From the IMG/VR virus record IMGVR_UViG_3300037882_002064, positions 1,423 to 65,422 of that record: a stretch of DNA of 64,000 nt. One strand, 5' to 3'. Every line of letters begins with the position of its first letter. Position 1 is the stretch's first letter. The DNA comes from a virus (lineage: Duplodnaviria > Caudoviricetes). The notes beneath the pieces are model-generated. The model ran no database searches, had not been told where the DNA came from, and saw only the letters and a list, made by a program, of their open reading frames with translations. Shown in pieces: positions 1 through 8,756 of the stretch. The position numbers and the translations under genes are program-made.

Positions 1-1
1 T

Positions 2-328
2 GATCTATCAGCTAAACATGCCCCAGGCCTTGCCACCGTAGCGATCCGGCAGGCCACAGGAGGCGGCCTATGCGATGCCTGCAACGGGACGAAGCTCACC
101 ATCACCGCAGACTCAGTGGCTGACTGCAAACCCTGCAAGGGCACCGGGAAGCTCAAAATGACACAAGACCTGGCAGCCAGCATTGCCAAGGTATCGACAC
201 CAACCTATGTCAAAAAGTATGAGCGCATCGTGGATCACTTTGTAAGTCGCCTCGAATTGTACGAAAGCCAGGGGCTTTCCCACATAAGCCGCCGGCTTTA
301 TGGTAAGCGAGCGCAAACAGATGGCTGA
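2..328 (+). CDS. Late-gene antitermination protein Q-like (5' truncated by window edge)
   Basis: Frame is open from position 2 and reads ...LCDACNGTK...ADCKPCKGTG..., a paired CxxCxG zinc finger as in lambda Q. Lies upstream of a promoter/terminator pair and the lysis genes. Confidence 0.75.
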   Translation, partial: DLSAKHAPGLATVAIRQATGGGLCDACNGTKLTITADSVADCKPCKGTGKLKMTQDLAASIAKVSTPTYVKKYERIVDHFVSRLELYESQGLSHISRRLYGKRAQTDG

Positions 329-641
329 CATACTGGACTTCAAAATACCCCCCAAGAAGCAGAAGCCCGAGTCCCAGTGGCGCGATTACTATGATCTGCC
401 ACCCCATATGCAAGATGCACTCCGCAATGCCGTAATGGTTCGCCACTATGAGGGCCAGCTACAAGCCATGCAGCCCGAGCAGCGCCTGGCTTTACTGGGC
501 GAGGCCTTTGAGCAATGGGTAATGAAGATGGCCAACAGTAATGTTGAGGACTGGGCACCCAATGAGCGATGGACGCTGGTATCGTTCATGGCCAATAGAG
601 ACAAGGGAATACTCCCCGATCCCGCGCCCCCAGCGGCTTAG
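321..641 (+). CDS. Hypothetical protein
   Basis: ATG at 321 overlaps the end of Q (ORF track gives 300); 106 aa, no recognised motif. Confidence 0.6.
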   Translation: MADILDFKIPPKKQKPESQWRDYYDLPPHMQDALRNAVMVRHYEGQLQAMQPEQRLALLGEAFEQWVMKMANSNVEDWAPNERWTLVSFMANRDKGILPDPAPPAA

Positions 642-660
642 GAAGTTACTATTTATTCTC

Positions 661-690
661 TTGCAAAGAATGTTTGCCTCAATGTAGTAT
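661..690 (+). promoter_or_regulatory. Putative sigma70 late promoter (pR'-like)
   Basis: TTGCAA (661-666), 18-bp spacer, TAGTAT (685-690) in an AT-rich gap between Q and lysis genes. Confidence 0.55.
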
Positions 691-740
691 CAATTCCTAT
701 GTTGGGGAGCTACCCCCAATAGCTTTACTCGCAGAAATCG

Positions 741-765
741 ACGCCTCCTTTGAGGCGTTTTTTTT
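741..765 (+). terminator. Intrinsic terminator (tR'-like)
   Basis: Stem ACGCCTC-cttt-GAGGCGT followed by a T run to 765. Confidence 0.85.
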
Positions 766-812
766 GCTTCAAATTTGGTAATTGTTGCTAACCAGTAACC
801 AAGGATGTGCTT

Positions 813-923
813 ATGCACCCCTCATTATTGATACTCCCGGTCGCAGCCCTATTGCTGGCCATCATGGGAACGTATGCCATGTGCGCTGGTGTTACGGCAT
901 TCTGTTCCATGTGGAACGCCTGA
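813..923 (+). CDS. Small hydrophobic peptide, 36 aa (not in ORF track)
   Basis: AAGGA RBS at 801-805; MHPSLLILPVAALLLAIMGTYAMCAGVTAFCSMWNA; stop 2 nt before the spanin ATG. Confidence 0.5.
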   Translation: MHPSLLILPVAALLLAIMGTYAMCAGVTAFCSMWNA

Positions 924-925
924 CA

Positions 926-1297
926 ATGATTATTACCAAGATCATGGCTGCGACGATCATGGGCCTGCTTGTTGTGGTCGGCCTTGAGTGGATTGCCATA
1001 CAGGGCTACAAGGTCGACGCTGCGCGCACAGGATCAGCTTTGGCGGCCCTGAGTACCGAACTAAGTCAAAAAGAGGCCAATAACATGGCTTTAATGGCAG
1101 AGATTTCGGCCCAAAACACCGCTTTTTCGACAATGCAGCGAGTGGCCGACGAAAAGCGGAAGGCTGCGATTGTTGCTCGGGATGCTGCATTGGCGGCCCT
1201 GAATAAGGCCAAAGGCGACTATGCCCGGCTACGCAAGGACTGGCCCCAAGAGTGTGTGGCTGCGGTTGCCAGGGTCAGGCAGGAGCTGGGGTTATGA
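926..1297 (+). CDS. Inner-membrane spanin (Rz-like)
   Basis: N-terminal TM helix followed by an Ala-rich coiled coil and a C-terminal Cys; ATGA overlap with a lipoprotein gene. Start moved from 782 to ATG 926. Confidence 0.8.
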   Translation: MIITKIMAATIMGLLVVVGLEWIAIQGYKVDAARTGSALAALSTELSQKEANNMALMAEISAQNTAFSTMQRVADEKRKAAIVARDAALAALNKAKGDYARLRKDWPQECVAAVARVRQELGL

Positions 1298-1608
1298 GCA
1301 AGCAAGGTGCATTGATCCTGTTGTTCGTGATCTTGTATGTGTTGGTGGTTTCTGCGCTGTCCGGCTGCGAGCATACCGTGTATCAGGATCGGCCTGTTGA
1401 AGTGAAGATCCCCGTACCAGTCAATTGCGTACAGCCTGGCGATACGCCGGCCCCCATGATCTACCCGGTTGACCAGCTCACCTCTGGCGACTCAGATGGC
1501 GAGATCGTCGGTGCGCTGCTGGCCGATCACTACCAGCGAGCGGCCACTGAACAGATCCTCAGAGACATTATTGACGCCTGCACTTCAACAAAGAGGGAAG
1601 AATTGTGA
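1294..1608 (+). CDS. Outer-membrane spanin lipoprotein (Rz1-like)
   Basis: Signal peptide with lipobox LSGC, then Pro-rich VEVKIPVPVNC segment. Confidence 0.8.
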   Translation: MSKQGALILLFVILYVLVVSALSGCEHTVYQDRPVEVKIPVPVNCVQPGDTPAPMIYPVDQLTSGDSDGEIVGALLADHYQRAATEQILRDIIDACTSTKREEL

Positions 1609-1820
1609 TTACTGCTGCCGTATATCAAGCGTTGTTTAAGCTCACCCTGGCCCTGTTCGGACTGGTTATGACATGGTTCACGCTGCGCTTTCTCGACAAC
1701 CACATCGAGGACGATTCCTTTGCTGACACACTCAAGACTGCACAGCCTGCTGAAAAGATGCACTATTTTGCCTATCGTTTTTTGGGCGTGTGCATCTTGG
1801 TCGGCCTCGTTATATCCTGA
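1605..1820 (+). CDS. Putative holin (2 TM)
   Basis: 71 aa, two hydrophobic helices, GTGA overlap, directly precedes the endolysin. Confidence 0.6.
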   Translation: MITAAVYQALFKLTLALFGLVMTWFTLRFLDNHIEDDSFADTLKTAQPAEKMHYFAYRFLGVCILVGLVIS

Positions 1821-2310
1821 CCAATGGGACGGCGAATTCAAGACCGCTACCGAGACATTCTTACCAGTCGGAACCGATTGGCGACTACTGAAGGCCCAGT
1901 GCTATCAGGAGTCCAGGCTCAATCCGCTGGCGAGAAGTCCGGTGGGGGCCTATGGCTTATGCCAATTCATGCCGGGCACCGCGAGGGATGTGGGCAAGAA
2001 GCTGGATGCTTCACCCGAAGAATTCTGGATACCCGAGGTTTCAATACGCGCCGCGGGCTACTATATGGGACGGCTGATCTTCAGTTGGAAGGCACCGAGG
2101 CCGCCGCTGGATCGGCACAAGCTGGCCCTGGCGAGCTACAACGCCGGGATTGGGCATTTACTTAAAGCTCAGAAGATATGCGGTAAGCCGCCGCTGTATG
2201 ACCAGATCATTCCCTGTTTACCCATAGTGACCGGACACCATAGCAAAGAAACAATTGGCTATACGAAGAACATCGTCGAGCGGTGGTATCCCCGCCTGTT
2301 GCTCGAATAA
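1720..2310 (+). CDS. Endolysin, SLT-family lytic transglycosylase
   Basis: Motifs QES, GLCQFMPGT, ASYNAG and ETIGY; TTG start with GAGGA RBS at 1707-1711; signal-peptide-like N-terminus. Start uncertain. Confidence 0.9.
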   Translation: MLTHSRLHSLLKRCTILPIVFWACASWSASLYPDQWDGEFKTATETFLPVGTDWRLLKAQCYQESRLNPLARSPVGAYGLCQFMPGTARDVGKKLDASPEEFWIPEVSIRAAGYYMGRLIFSWKAPRPPLDRHKLALASYNAGIGHLLKAQKICGKPPLYDQIIPCLPIVTGHHSKETIGYTKNIVERWYPRLLLE

Positions 2311-2354
2311 ACCAAACCTGGCGCTGTGCCGTATAGCTTTGAGGATGGCGCATA

Positions 2355-2645
2355 ATGTCGCTGGAAGAACTTAAACCGGAATTCATATTCGCAATGTGCG
2401 TGGCCGCAGGTGGCGCAGTGTGGAAGGCAATCCTTATGATATTTAACTGGCATGATCGCCTGAAAGCTGTTGAATCTATTGCTATACAACAGGGCAAAGA
2501 TTTATTCGTGGTCAAAGAGTCAGTTGAAAAACAATACATTGCCGTAAGAAATGACATAAAAGAGATCGGCCGGCAGTCCGAGGCCAGGCATGAAAATCTC
2601 GACGCCAAGATTGATATGCTAATCAATCGAGAGTTGGCCAAATGA
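2355..2645 (+). CDS. Membrane protein with coiled coil (holin-like or lysis-associated)
   Basis: GAGGA RBS; one TM then a charged coiled coil; 96 aa. Confidence 0.6.
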   Translation: MSLEELKPEFIFAMCVAAGGAVWKAILMIFNWHDRLKAVESIAIQQGKDLFVVKESVEKQYIAVRNDIKEIGRQSEARHENLDAKIDMLINRELAK

Positions 2646-2929
2646 GAGGGCTTGCGGAGAGGCTGCTTGCATTCGGGCTGGCCACACTCACCGTGGCCGT
2701 GCTGGTCTATCTGACGTTCAGTGAGTACGACCGGCGCAATCAGGTGGCCCGTAGCCTGTACCGCATGGAGACTCATATAACCAATGGGCCGATCTTCGGT
2801 GCGATCCTTTGTGAGCATATCTACCACATGGAGCGATCAGCCGGGCACTTGCCGGCAATTGATTGCCCGGCAGTGATTCGAGAGTTGCTCGAAAAAGAAA
2901 ACCTGATTAAACCTGATGTGAAAGAATAA
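2642..2929 (+). CDS. Hypothetical single-TM protein
   Basis: ATGA overlap; N-terminal TM; 95 aa. Confidence 0.6.
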   Translation: MRGLAERLLAFGLATLTVAVLVYLTFSEYDRRNQVARSLYRMETHITNGPIFGAILCEHIYHMERSAGHLPAIDCPAVIRELLEKENLIKPDVKE

Positions 2930-3151
2930 AAGACGCATTCCTGATCGCGGCATAAACGTGACGAGGAATGCGTTCACCAGGGGACGGCTAGGCGAGTGAA
3001 GGGGGGGGGTGCCGTGGCCATCGCGCTTCGGTGCAAGCTACAGACAATATCCAACGGGCCGCTATCGGTCTGTGCTATACCGTACATATTCCAAAAAATG
3101 ATGAACATGAAGGACTGATATGGCCACTCATCTTGAAGGGTTGTTGCCCCT

Positions 3152-3412
3152 ATGAGCGATAAAGACGACTCCATCGAGCGATTGATTGGCCAATTGCAGG
3201 AGCAAGTAGGTTTCTGGCAGGGGCGGTATGATGAGGCCAATGCCCGAGCTGAATCGCTTCAAACCGCCTTAACTGAAGCCAGTAACGCACTGACCACCGC
3301 TGGTCTGGTAGGCCGCTGCTTCCCTGAAGAATTACCTGAATACGTTGAAACAAAAGTTGCCGTAATTGATGCGGCGATCACCGAAAACACAGCACCCCCG
3401 GTAGGAGAGTAA
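3152..3412 (+). CDS. Hypothetical coiled-coil protein
   Basis: 86-aa ORF ending 2 nt before the next gene. Confidence 0.6.
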   Translation: MSDKDDSIERLIGQLQEQVGFWQGRYDEANARAESLQTALTEASNALTTAGLVGRCFPEELPEYVETKVAVIDAAITENTAPPVGE

Positions 3413-3414
3413 CC

Positions 3415-3834
3415 ATGTCAATGTCCAATGCAACAGAGAACGCTGCGCTGAAAATGTTTCTGCAAGGCACCGACCCCAGTTATCGTGCAGGCGCTACGCA
3501 GTATCTCGCGCTGGTTACAGACGGCGGCGGCGCAGTGTCCGAGGCCGCGCCTATCGCTAACGAGTGTACCTACACTGGCTATGCGCGTATTCCCCTGACC
3601 AAAGCAAGCGCGTGGACTGACGGCGGCTCGGTGTTTACCAATGCCGATCTGCTACAGTTTGGCACCCGGACTGACGCAGGCGCTGCTCAGGTGGCGAGTG
3701 CCTTCGTAGTCGTAGACACGGCCAGCGGCGCGATTGCGCTCGGGATCATCGGTGTACTGTCTGCGCCCTTGAGTATCACGCAGAACATTCAGCCGCAGTT
3801 CGCTATTGGCGATTTGACGATTACGGCTGAGTAA
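3415..3834 (+). CDS. Virion structural protein (small fibre-associated beta protein)
   Basis: GGAG RBS; pattern YLAL...E.TYTGYAR..LT...W...TN...QF...GDL typical of small phage fibre-associated proteins. Confidence 0.7.
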   Translation: MSMSNATENAALKMFLQGTDPSYRAGATQYLALVTDGGGAVSEAAPIANECTYTGYARIPLTKASAWTDGGSVFTNADLLQFGTRTDAGAAQVASAFVVVDTASGAIALGIIGVLSAPLSITQNIQPQFAIGDLTITAE

Positions 3835-3836
3835 GT

Positions 3837-4736
3837 ATGGCGGGGTTTCGCAACTTACGGGTGATGGCTGAGGCCGAAGAAAATGGGCAGATTCATCTTG
3901 CCTATTTTCGTAAACCCATGTCGCAAGCAACATCAACAGGTACATGGTTCGATACCTCCATGAGTCCCGGCAGGCCGCCACCCAACTACTATATTGGGAC
4001 GCCGCTGGTATTTACGCCAATGACGCAATCGGGCAATAAAGGCTTAGACCTCGGCAACCCTATGGCGGGGACTGGGTACAAGAAGTTCCTTCGGCGCGTA
4101 ACAGTGCAGTGCAATTTGGCCGCCGCCGTGCCAATGCAGATGAAGATACTGGATTACCTCGGATTTTACGGCTTCGTCGATATGTCCACCCTCGACGAAG
4201 ATCAGGTGATGGACAACACGCTATCTCTGACTCGGTATGAAACGGGCGAAGGCGTGATGATGATGCCCATTATTGTAGCGCCCTGTACGGCTGCTGCATT
4301 GGCCTTTGTTACTATCACCTACACGAACAGTGAGGGGGTTTCGGGGAGAACAGCTACATTCCAGATGGGGGCGCTTTTTTCAGGCTCACTATCAGTAGGC
4401 AACGCCATCAGCTTCGATAATTTTTGGTTTTCGTTCACCGCCCAGTCCACAGGCCCCTTCGTAACCCTGCAAGCAGGTGACTTGGGTGTTCGCTCGATAC
4501 AGACCGTCAATGTAACGGCCCCCGGCGATACTGGCCTTGTGGCGTTTGTATTGGTGAAAGTGCTGGGGAATATGACGTTGCTGGAAACGACAGCGGCATC
4601 AGAAAAAGATTTTTTTGTAAATTCCGCCTCGATGCCAGAGATATTGGACGATGCGTTTGTGAGTTTGTATATCGCACCAAATGGAACGCTGGTAAACGCG
4701 CAGCTATTCGGTACGATAGAGACAACATGGGGTTAA
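3837..4736 (+). CDS. Putative virion protein, paralog A (299 aa)
   Basis: Shares LTRYETGEGV / TYTNS.G / GPFVTLQAGDLGVRSIQ blocks with the next gene. Confidence 0.7.
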   Translation: MAGFRNLRVMAEAEENGQIHLAYFRKPMSQATSTGTWFDTSMSPGRPPPNYYIGTPLVFTPMTQSGNKGLDLGNPMAGTGYKKFLRRVTVQCNLAAAVPMQMKILDYLGFYGFVDMSTLDEDQVMDNTLSLTRYETGEGVMMMPIIVAPCTAAALAFVTITYTNSEGVSGRTATFQMGALFSGSLSVGNAISFDNFWFSFTAQSTGPFVTLQAGDLGVRSIQTVNVTAPGDTGLVAFVLVKVLGNMTLLETTAASEKDFFVNSASMPEILDDAFVSLYIAPNGTLVNAQLFGTIETTWG

Positions 4737-4739
4737 TGT

Positions 4740-5639
4740 ATGGGCGGCTTTACATCACAAGATGATCTGGTCAACCAGCTTTCGGTGAACGGGAAAGCCT
4801 ACCGAAACGACTGGCAGAAATCGACCTTCGGCACGACCGCTCAGGCGGCGGGTTTGTGGTACAGCCTGTTCCGTGGGGGCGGCAACCCTGCTGCGGATAC
4901 GATCCTCGGCACCGGCACGAACCTCGCGTTTCAGGCGCTGACGGACGCTACAGCAAACGCGACAGGTATCTACCACGGCGGCAACGTGGGCGGTGGCAGC
5001 CCTTGGAAGCACCTGCTCAATGCGGCGGCGCAGACCGCAGCGGCAACGACCGCGCCCTGTGTGCTGATGTTGGTCGATCTGCTGGGCTTCTATCCGATTA
5101 CGACCGTCACCACGACCGGCGATCAAGCCCTGAACAACACGGTGACGTTGCCCCGATACACTAACGGCGCAGGGGTGCAGGCGTTCCTGACACCCAGCAC
5201 GGTCATGGGCGCGGGCACACCCAGCCTTCGACTGACGTATACGGACAGCGGCGGCACGGCGGGCAACCTGACTCCGGCTACGCTGCCTCTCTGTAACACA
5301 GCGGCACCTGTGACACAGATATGCTACAGCGGCTCGGGCGCAGGCAAGTACGGCCCGTTCGTACCGCTGGCCATCGGTGACTCGGGTATCAGGTCGGTTC
5401 AGCAGTTCAACTTGAGCGCCACCTACACATCCGGTGTGTTGAACCTCGTCCTGTGCAAGCCCCTTATGACCCTGCCGATTACCACGCTGGGCGTGACCGC
5501 TGAGCGCGATCTGGTCAACCAGTTCGCCAGTATGCCCAAGATATTCGACGGCGCGTGTCTGTCATGGCTGATGCTGGCAGGCGCAAACACACTCATAGCC
5601 ACACCGTTATCCGGGCACCTTGAATTTGGCTGGAGTTGA
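4740..5639 (+). CDS. Putative virion protein, paralog B (299 aa)
   Basis: LPRYTNGAGV / TYTDS.G / GPFVPLAIGDSGIRSVQ; Thr/Gly/Ala-rich. Confidence 0.7.
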   Translation: MGGFTSQDDLVNQLSVNGKAYRNDWQKSTFGTTAQAAGLWYSLFRGGGNPAADTILGTGTNLAFQALTDATANATGIYHGGNVGGGSPWKHLLNAAAQTAAATTAPCVLMLVDLLGFYPITTVTTTGDQALNNTVTLPRYTNGAGVQAFLTPSTVMGAGTPSLRLTYTDSGGTAGNLTPATLPLCNTAAPVTQICYSGSGAGKYGPFVPLAIGDSGIRSVQQFNLSATYTSGVLNLVLCKPLMTLPITTLGVTAERDLVNQFASMPKIFDGACLSWLMLAGANTLIATPLSGHLEFGWS

Positions 5640-5642
5640 TAC

Positions 5643-7241
5643 ATGGCCCTGATCGGCAATCAATCGGTACTGCACAAGTCGCCGGGTAGATTTCTGTCAG
5701 GGACGCCGGGAACGCTGCGCTCTAATTTCAACAAATACGGCATGATGGCTGGCCGGTTTGAGAAAATGGGGTTGTACAACGCGATCCCCGCAGGCCACGC
5801 GGGCGGGCCTTCGTGCTGGGCCTTGCCGCAGAAACCTGGCTTTTTGTCGTCCCGCAGCGAGGCGTATGTCACGCTCGATTCCAGCGGCCCCGCCTCTATG
5901 GGCCGAGCGATTGATGGCGATGCGCCAGTTACCATTGACAGCGCGGCGACGATCCGGGCGATCAACTGGGCCTTTGGTGATGCAGTATTCACCATAGACT
6001 CAGCAGGCTACGCCTCGATGGGCGTAAACCTTGAGTCAGACGTAACCATCACCGTAAATGGTACGGCCGATCCATCAGGCGGCGCGTTCATGTACTCCGC
6101 TATAACCATCACCATTGATGGTGCGGCAGATGGCATTTCCGGGGCGGGCATTGCGGGTGACGCCGACTTTACCATCGACGCCAGTGGCCTTGCGTCCTTT
6201 GTGCTGACAGCCGCAGGCCAGGCCGACATATCGTTTGGCGCGTCCGGCACCATGTATGGCGCTATTCAAGTTGTTGGGCAGGCCGACATAGCCATTACAG
6301 TCGGTGTAGTGCCTACCTACGCACTGGGCAACATGACAGGCAACAGCCTGATCCAGCTCACTGACGGTACGCTGGCACCTTTCGCCATTGGCTACATGGA
6401 GGGCAGCACACTTTACGCGCCCGAGCTGACGCCGCAGAACGTGGCTGAGGCAGTCTGGGCGGCAATAGCGGCAGCGAATAACCTTCCCGGCACGATGGGC
6501 GAGCTACTGAATGGCGCTGGTGCTGGTGGAGATCCGTGGCTGACGCCGCTCCCAGGGGCTTACTCGCCAGGTACTGCCGGGCAGATTATTGGCCTGCTCG
6601 ATGAAATGACTCAAGACGATGGCTTGGGCAACGCGCAGTACACGCCGATTGCCCTAGCGCAAGCGCCGGTTGGTATAGGCAGCTCCCCTTCAGGCGAGTG
6701 GCTGTTTGATACAACCCTGACTTCCGGGCCGGGATCTGGCGACTTGCGTGTGAATAATGCGTCACTGGCCAGCGTGACGGCGATCTTCATCAATGAGACA
6801 ACCGCCAACAACGGCAATTCCACTGACTACCTGACCGCGCTGAAGGCCGGCGACTCGATTTTTGTCTATCAGGATGGCGCTGCTGACAAGTTCCTGAAGC
6901 TGAAGATCAGCATTGCGCCGGTCGATATAGGCGCGTCATGGACTATTACCGGGATCGTGACAGACAGCGGCGGCAGCTTCGGCAACAACAAGCGCCTCAA
7001 GGTCACGCTGGTCGCAGAGGAAATCAGCGCGGCCACGATAGCTGATGCGGTATGGATCAAGGGTATTGAGGCCGGGTATTCCGCTGAAGAAATACTCCGA
7101 TTGCTTGCAGCTTATGCGGCTGGTGATGCCTCTGGCCTCGATGGCACGGCAGAGTTTACCGGGCTTGATGGTGTGACTCCGCGAATACAGGGGACGATTA
7201 CCGGCAACGACCGGGCGATCACTGCGCTGGACGGCACATAA
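5643..7241 (+). CDS. Putative fibre/appendage protein
   Basis: About 19-aa periodic G.A..TID repeats; two [VI]A[ED]AVW motifs flank an internal domain. Confidence 0.65.
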   Translation: MALIGNQSVLHKSPGRFLSGTPGTLRSNFNKYGMMAGRFEKMGLYNAIPAGHAGGPSCWALPQKPGFLSSRSEAYVTLDSSGPASMGRAIDGDAPVTIDSAATIRAINWAFGDAVFTIDSAGYASMGVNLESDVTITVNGTADPSGGAFMYSAITITIDGAADGISGAGIAGDADFTIDASGLASFVLTAAGQADISFGASGTMYGAIQVVGQADIAITVGVVPTYALGNMTGNSLIQLTDGTLAPFAIGYMEGSTLYAPELTPQNVAEAVWAAIAAANNLPGTMGELLNGAGAGGDPWLTPLPGAYSPGTAGQIIGLLDEMTQDDGLGNAQYTPIALAQAPVGIGSSPSGEWLFDTTLTSGPGSGDLRVNNASLASVTAIFINETTANNGNSTDYLTALKAGDSIFVYQDGAADKFLKLKISIAPVDIGASWTITGIVTDSGGSFGNNKRLKVTLVAEEISAATIADAVWIKGIEAGYSAEEILRLLAAYAAGDASGLDGTAEFTGLDGVTPRIQGTITGNDRAITALDGT

Positions 7242-7825
7242 TGAGTGCCTTTGATGGCTCTTGGGATGGCGAGTGGAATGGCCGCTGGCTCGGGACTCAG
7301 GCCCTTCCGCCAGGCTTTGCGACCGGCACCGCTGGCCTGCTCATTAACGGACAAGGCAGTATTGTTGGCATTGGCAGGGTCGATGGCGCTGCGGTGCTGG
7401 TCATTGATGGCGCGGCGACTGCAACCGACAACAGCGATCACGGCGCAACCCAAGTGGTTGTGCTGGATACGATCTACTGGGCAACACTGGTTGCAAACAA
7501 GCCGGCCAATGCCCCCCGAGTGGTCACGTTTGGGTCAATTGACGGCAAGCTGGTCACGAAAGCAGCCAATGACGAAGCGCCAGGCAAGATAGTCGCCTTG
7601 CGCCCATTGACCTCGCTGGTATCGGCAGTCAACCAAGCGCAGGCCAGCCGTGTTGTGTTGCTCGATGCCTACCATGTGAGATCCAGGGTGAAGGCCGCGG
7701 GGGAAGATAAGGTGGTTTCCTTCCCGGCATTGGGACAACAAGTGGCCGCTGTGCAGCCGGCCGCGCTGAATGCAATACGATCGATCGACACTACAGCCCG
7801 GATTGTGGCTGCGGTCAACGGATAA
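7241..7825 (+). CDS. Putative virion protein
   Basis: TAATG overlap; Val/Ala-rich periodic sequence. Confidence 0.6.
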   Translation: MSAFDGSWDGEWNGRWLGTQALPPGFATGTAGLLINGQGSIVGIGRVDGAAVLVIDGAATATDNSDHGATQVVVLDTIYWATLVANKPANAPRVVTFGSIDGKLVTKAANDEAPGKIVALRPLTSLVSAVNQAQASRVVLLDAYHVRSRVKAAGEDKVVSFPALGQQVAAVQPAALNAIRSIDTTARIVAAVNG

Positions 7826-7836
7826 CGGAACTAACT

Positions 7837-8193
7837 ATGTCATGCCTGCAAACTATTCGCGTATTCAATGGCCGGGAGAACACTGCCGCACAGGTATTTG
7901 GATTGGTTGCGGCAGACGGAACAGCCAGCCTGTTTGATTTCTCGACTGCTACCCGGTTTACACTGACATTCACTGTGGATGGCGTGGTGAGGGTGATTGA
8001 TACCGCTGTGCTGGCTGAGGCGACCACAATGGTCGAAGGGCCTGGCGCAGGCGAGATTACATTTGACTTGGGGGATGAGGCGATCCCGGCCGGAGTCTAC
8101 ATTGCCGACTTGGTATTCTATTCGCCCACCTACCCTACCGGGTACATGCTCGATGCCGAGGACGGACATACACTGCAATTGGATGTTCGATAA
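7837..8193 (+). CDS. Putative Ig-like virion protein
   Basis: FDFS.AT...G.ITF.L.....PAGVY.ADLV pattern; 118 aa. Confidence 0.55.
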   Translation: MSCLQTIRVFNGRENTAAQVFGLVAADGTASLFDFSTATRFTLTFTVDGVVRVIDTAVLAEATTMVEGPGAGEITFDLGDEAIPAGVYIADLVFYSPTYPTGYMLDAEDGHTLQLDVR

Positions 8194-8756
8194 TGCCTAA
8201 GAAAAAGGCAATTGCCGTTGTGAAATCTAAGCCAACAGCCGACGAGAAGTACCGCGTGTTTGCTGAGGCCTATATCAATACTGGGGTGCAGGCCGAGGCC
8301 GCCAAGCTGGCCGGGTATCGAGGCAACACCCAGTCATTGAAGGTGACAGGCTCCAAATTGCTCAAGCATCCCAAGGTCGTGACGATCCTGGCCGAGCTTC
8401 GAGCGGAGATAAAAACCGAAAGCCAGGTACTGTGCGAGGAATTGCGCGTGGGCACCCACGAAAAGCGCATGTTCTTATGGGAGCTGGCCCACGACTGCCG
8501 CAAGATCGTTCGAGAGGACGAGGAACTGAGCGAGCATGTAGATGCGACCGGGGCGCTGGTGAAGATCGTCAGGACGGTGGAGCGGGTATTCAGGCCGCGT
8601 GAGGCCATTGATTGCATTGTCGCTATGAACGAAATGGACGGCGATGTGCCAACCGGGAAAGACGGTGGCGGCAAACCTGGCCAGTCGCAGTACCCTCCCG
8701 GCATGACCATCGAGCAGGCGGTAATGACCGTGATCTATGGCAATAACCCAGCGTGA
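8193..8756 (+). CDS. terS: Terminase small subunit
   Basis: HTH motif FAEAYI...AEAAKLAGY...GSKLLKHPKV directly upstream of terL. Confidence 0.85.
   Translation: MPKKKAIAVVKSKPTADEKYRVFAEAYINTGVQAEAAKLAGYRGNTQSLKVTGSKLLKHPKVVTILAELRAEIKTESQVLCEELRVGTHEKRMFLWELAHDCRKIVREDEELSEHVDATGALVKIVRTVERVFRPREAIDCIVAMNEMDGDVPTGKDGGGKPGQSQYPPGMTIEQAVMTVIYGNNPA

Noticed and set aside
782-925. N-terminal extension of the i-spanin in the ORF track
   Set aside because: TTG start without RBS; the TM anchor begins after ATG 926 and a separate RBS-bearing ORF occupies 813-923.
3837-5639. Paralog pair as DGR template/variable repeats
   Set aside because: Similarity is protein-level and diverged, with no adenine-specific pattern and no reverse transcriptase in the window.
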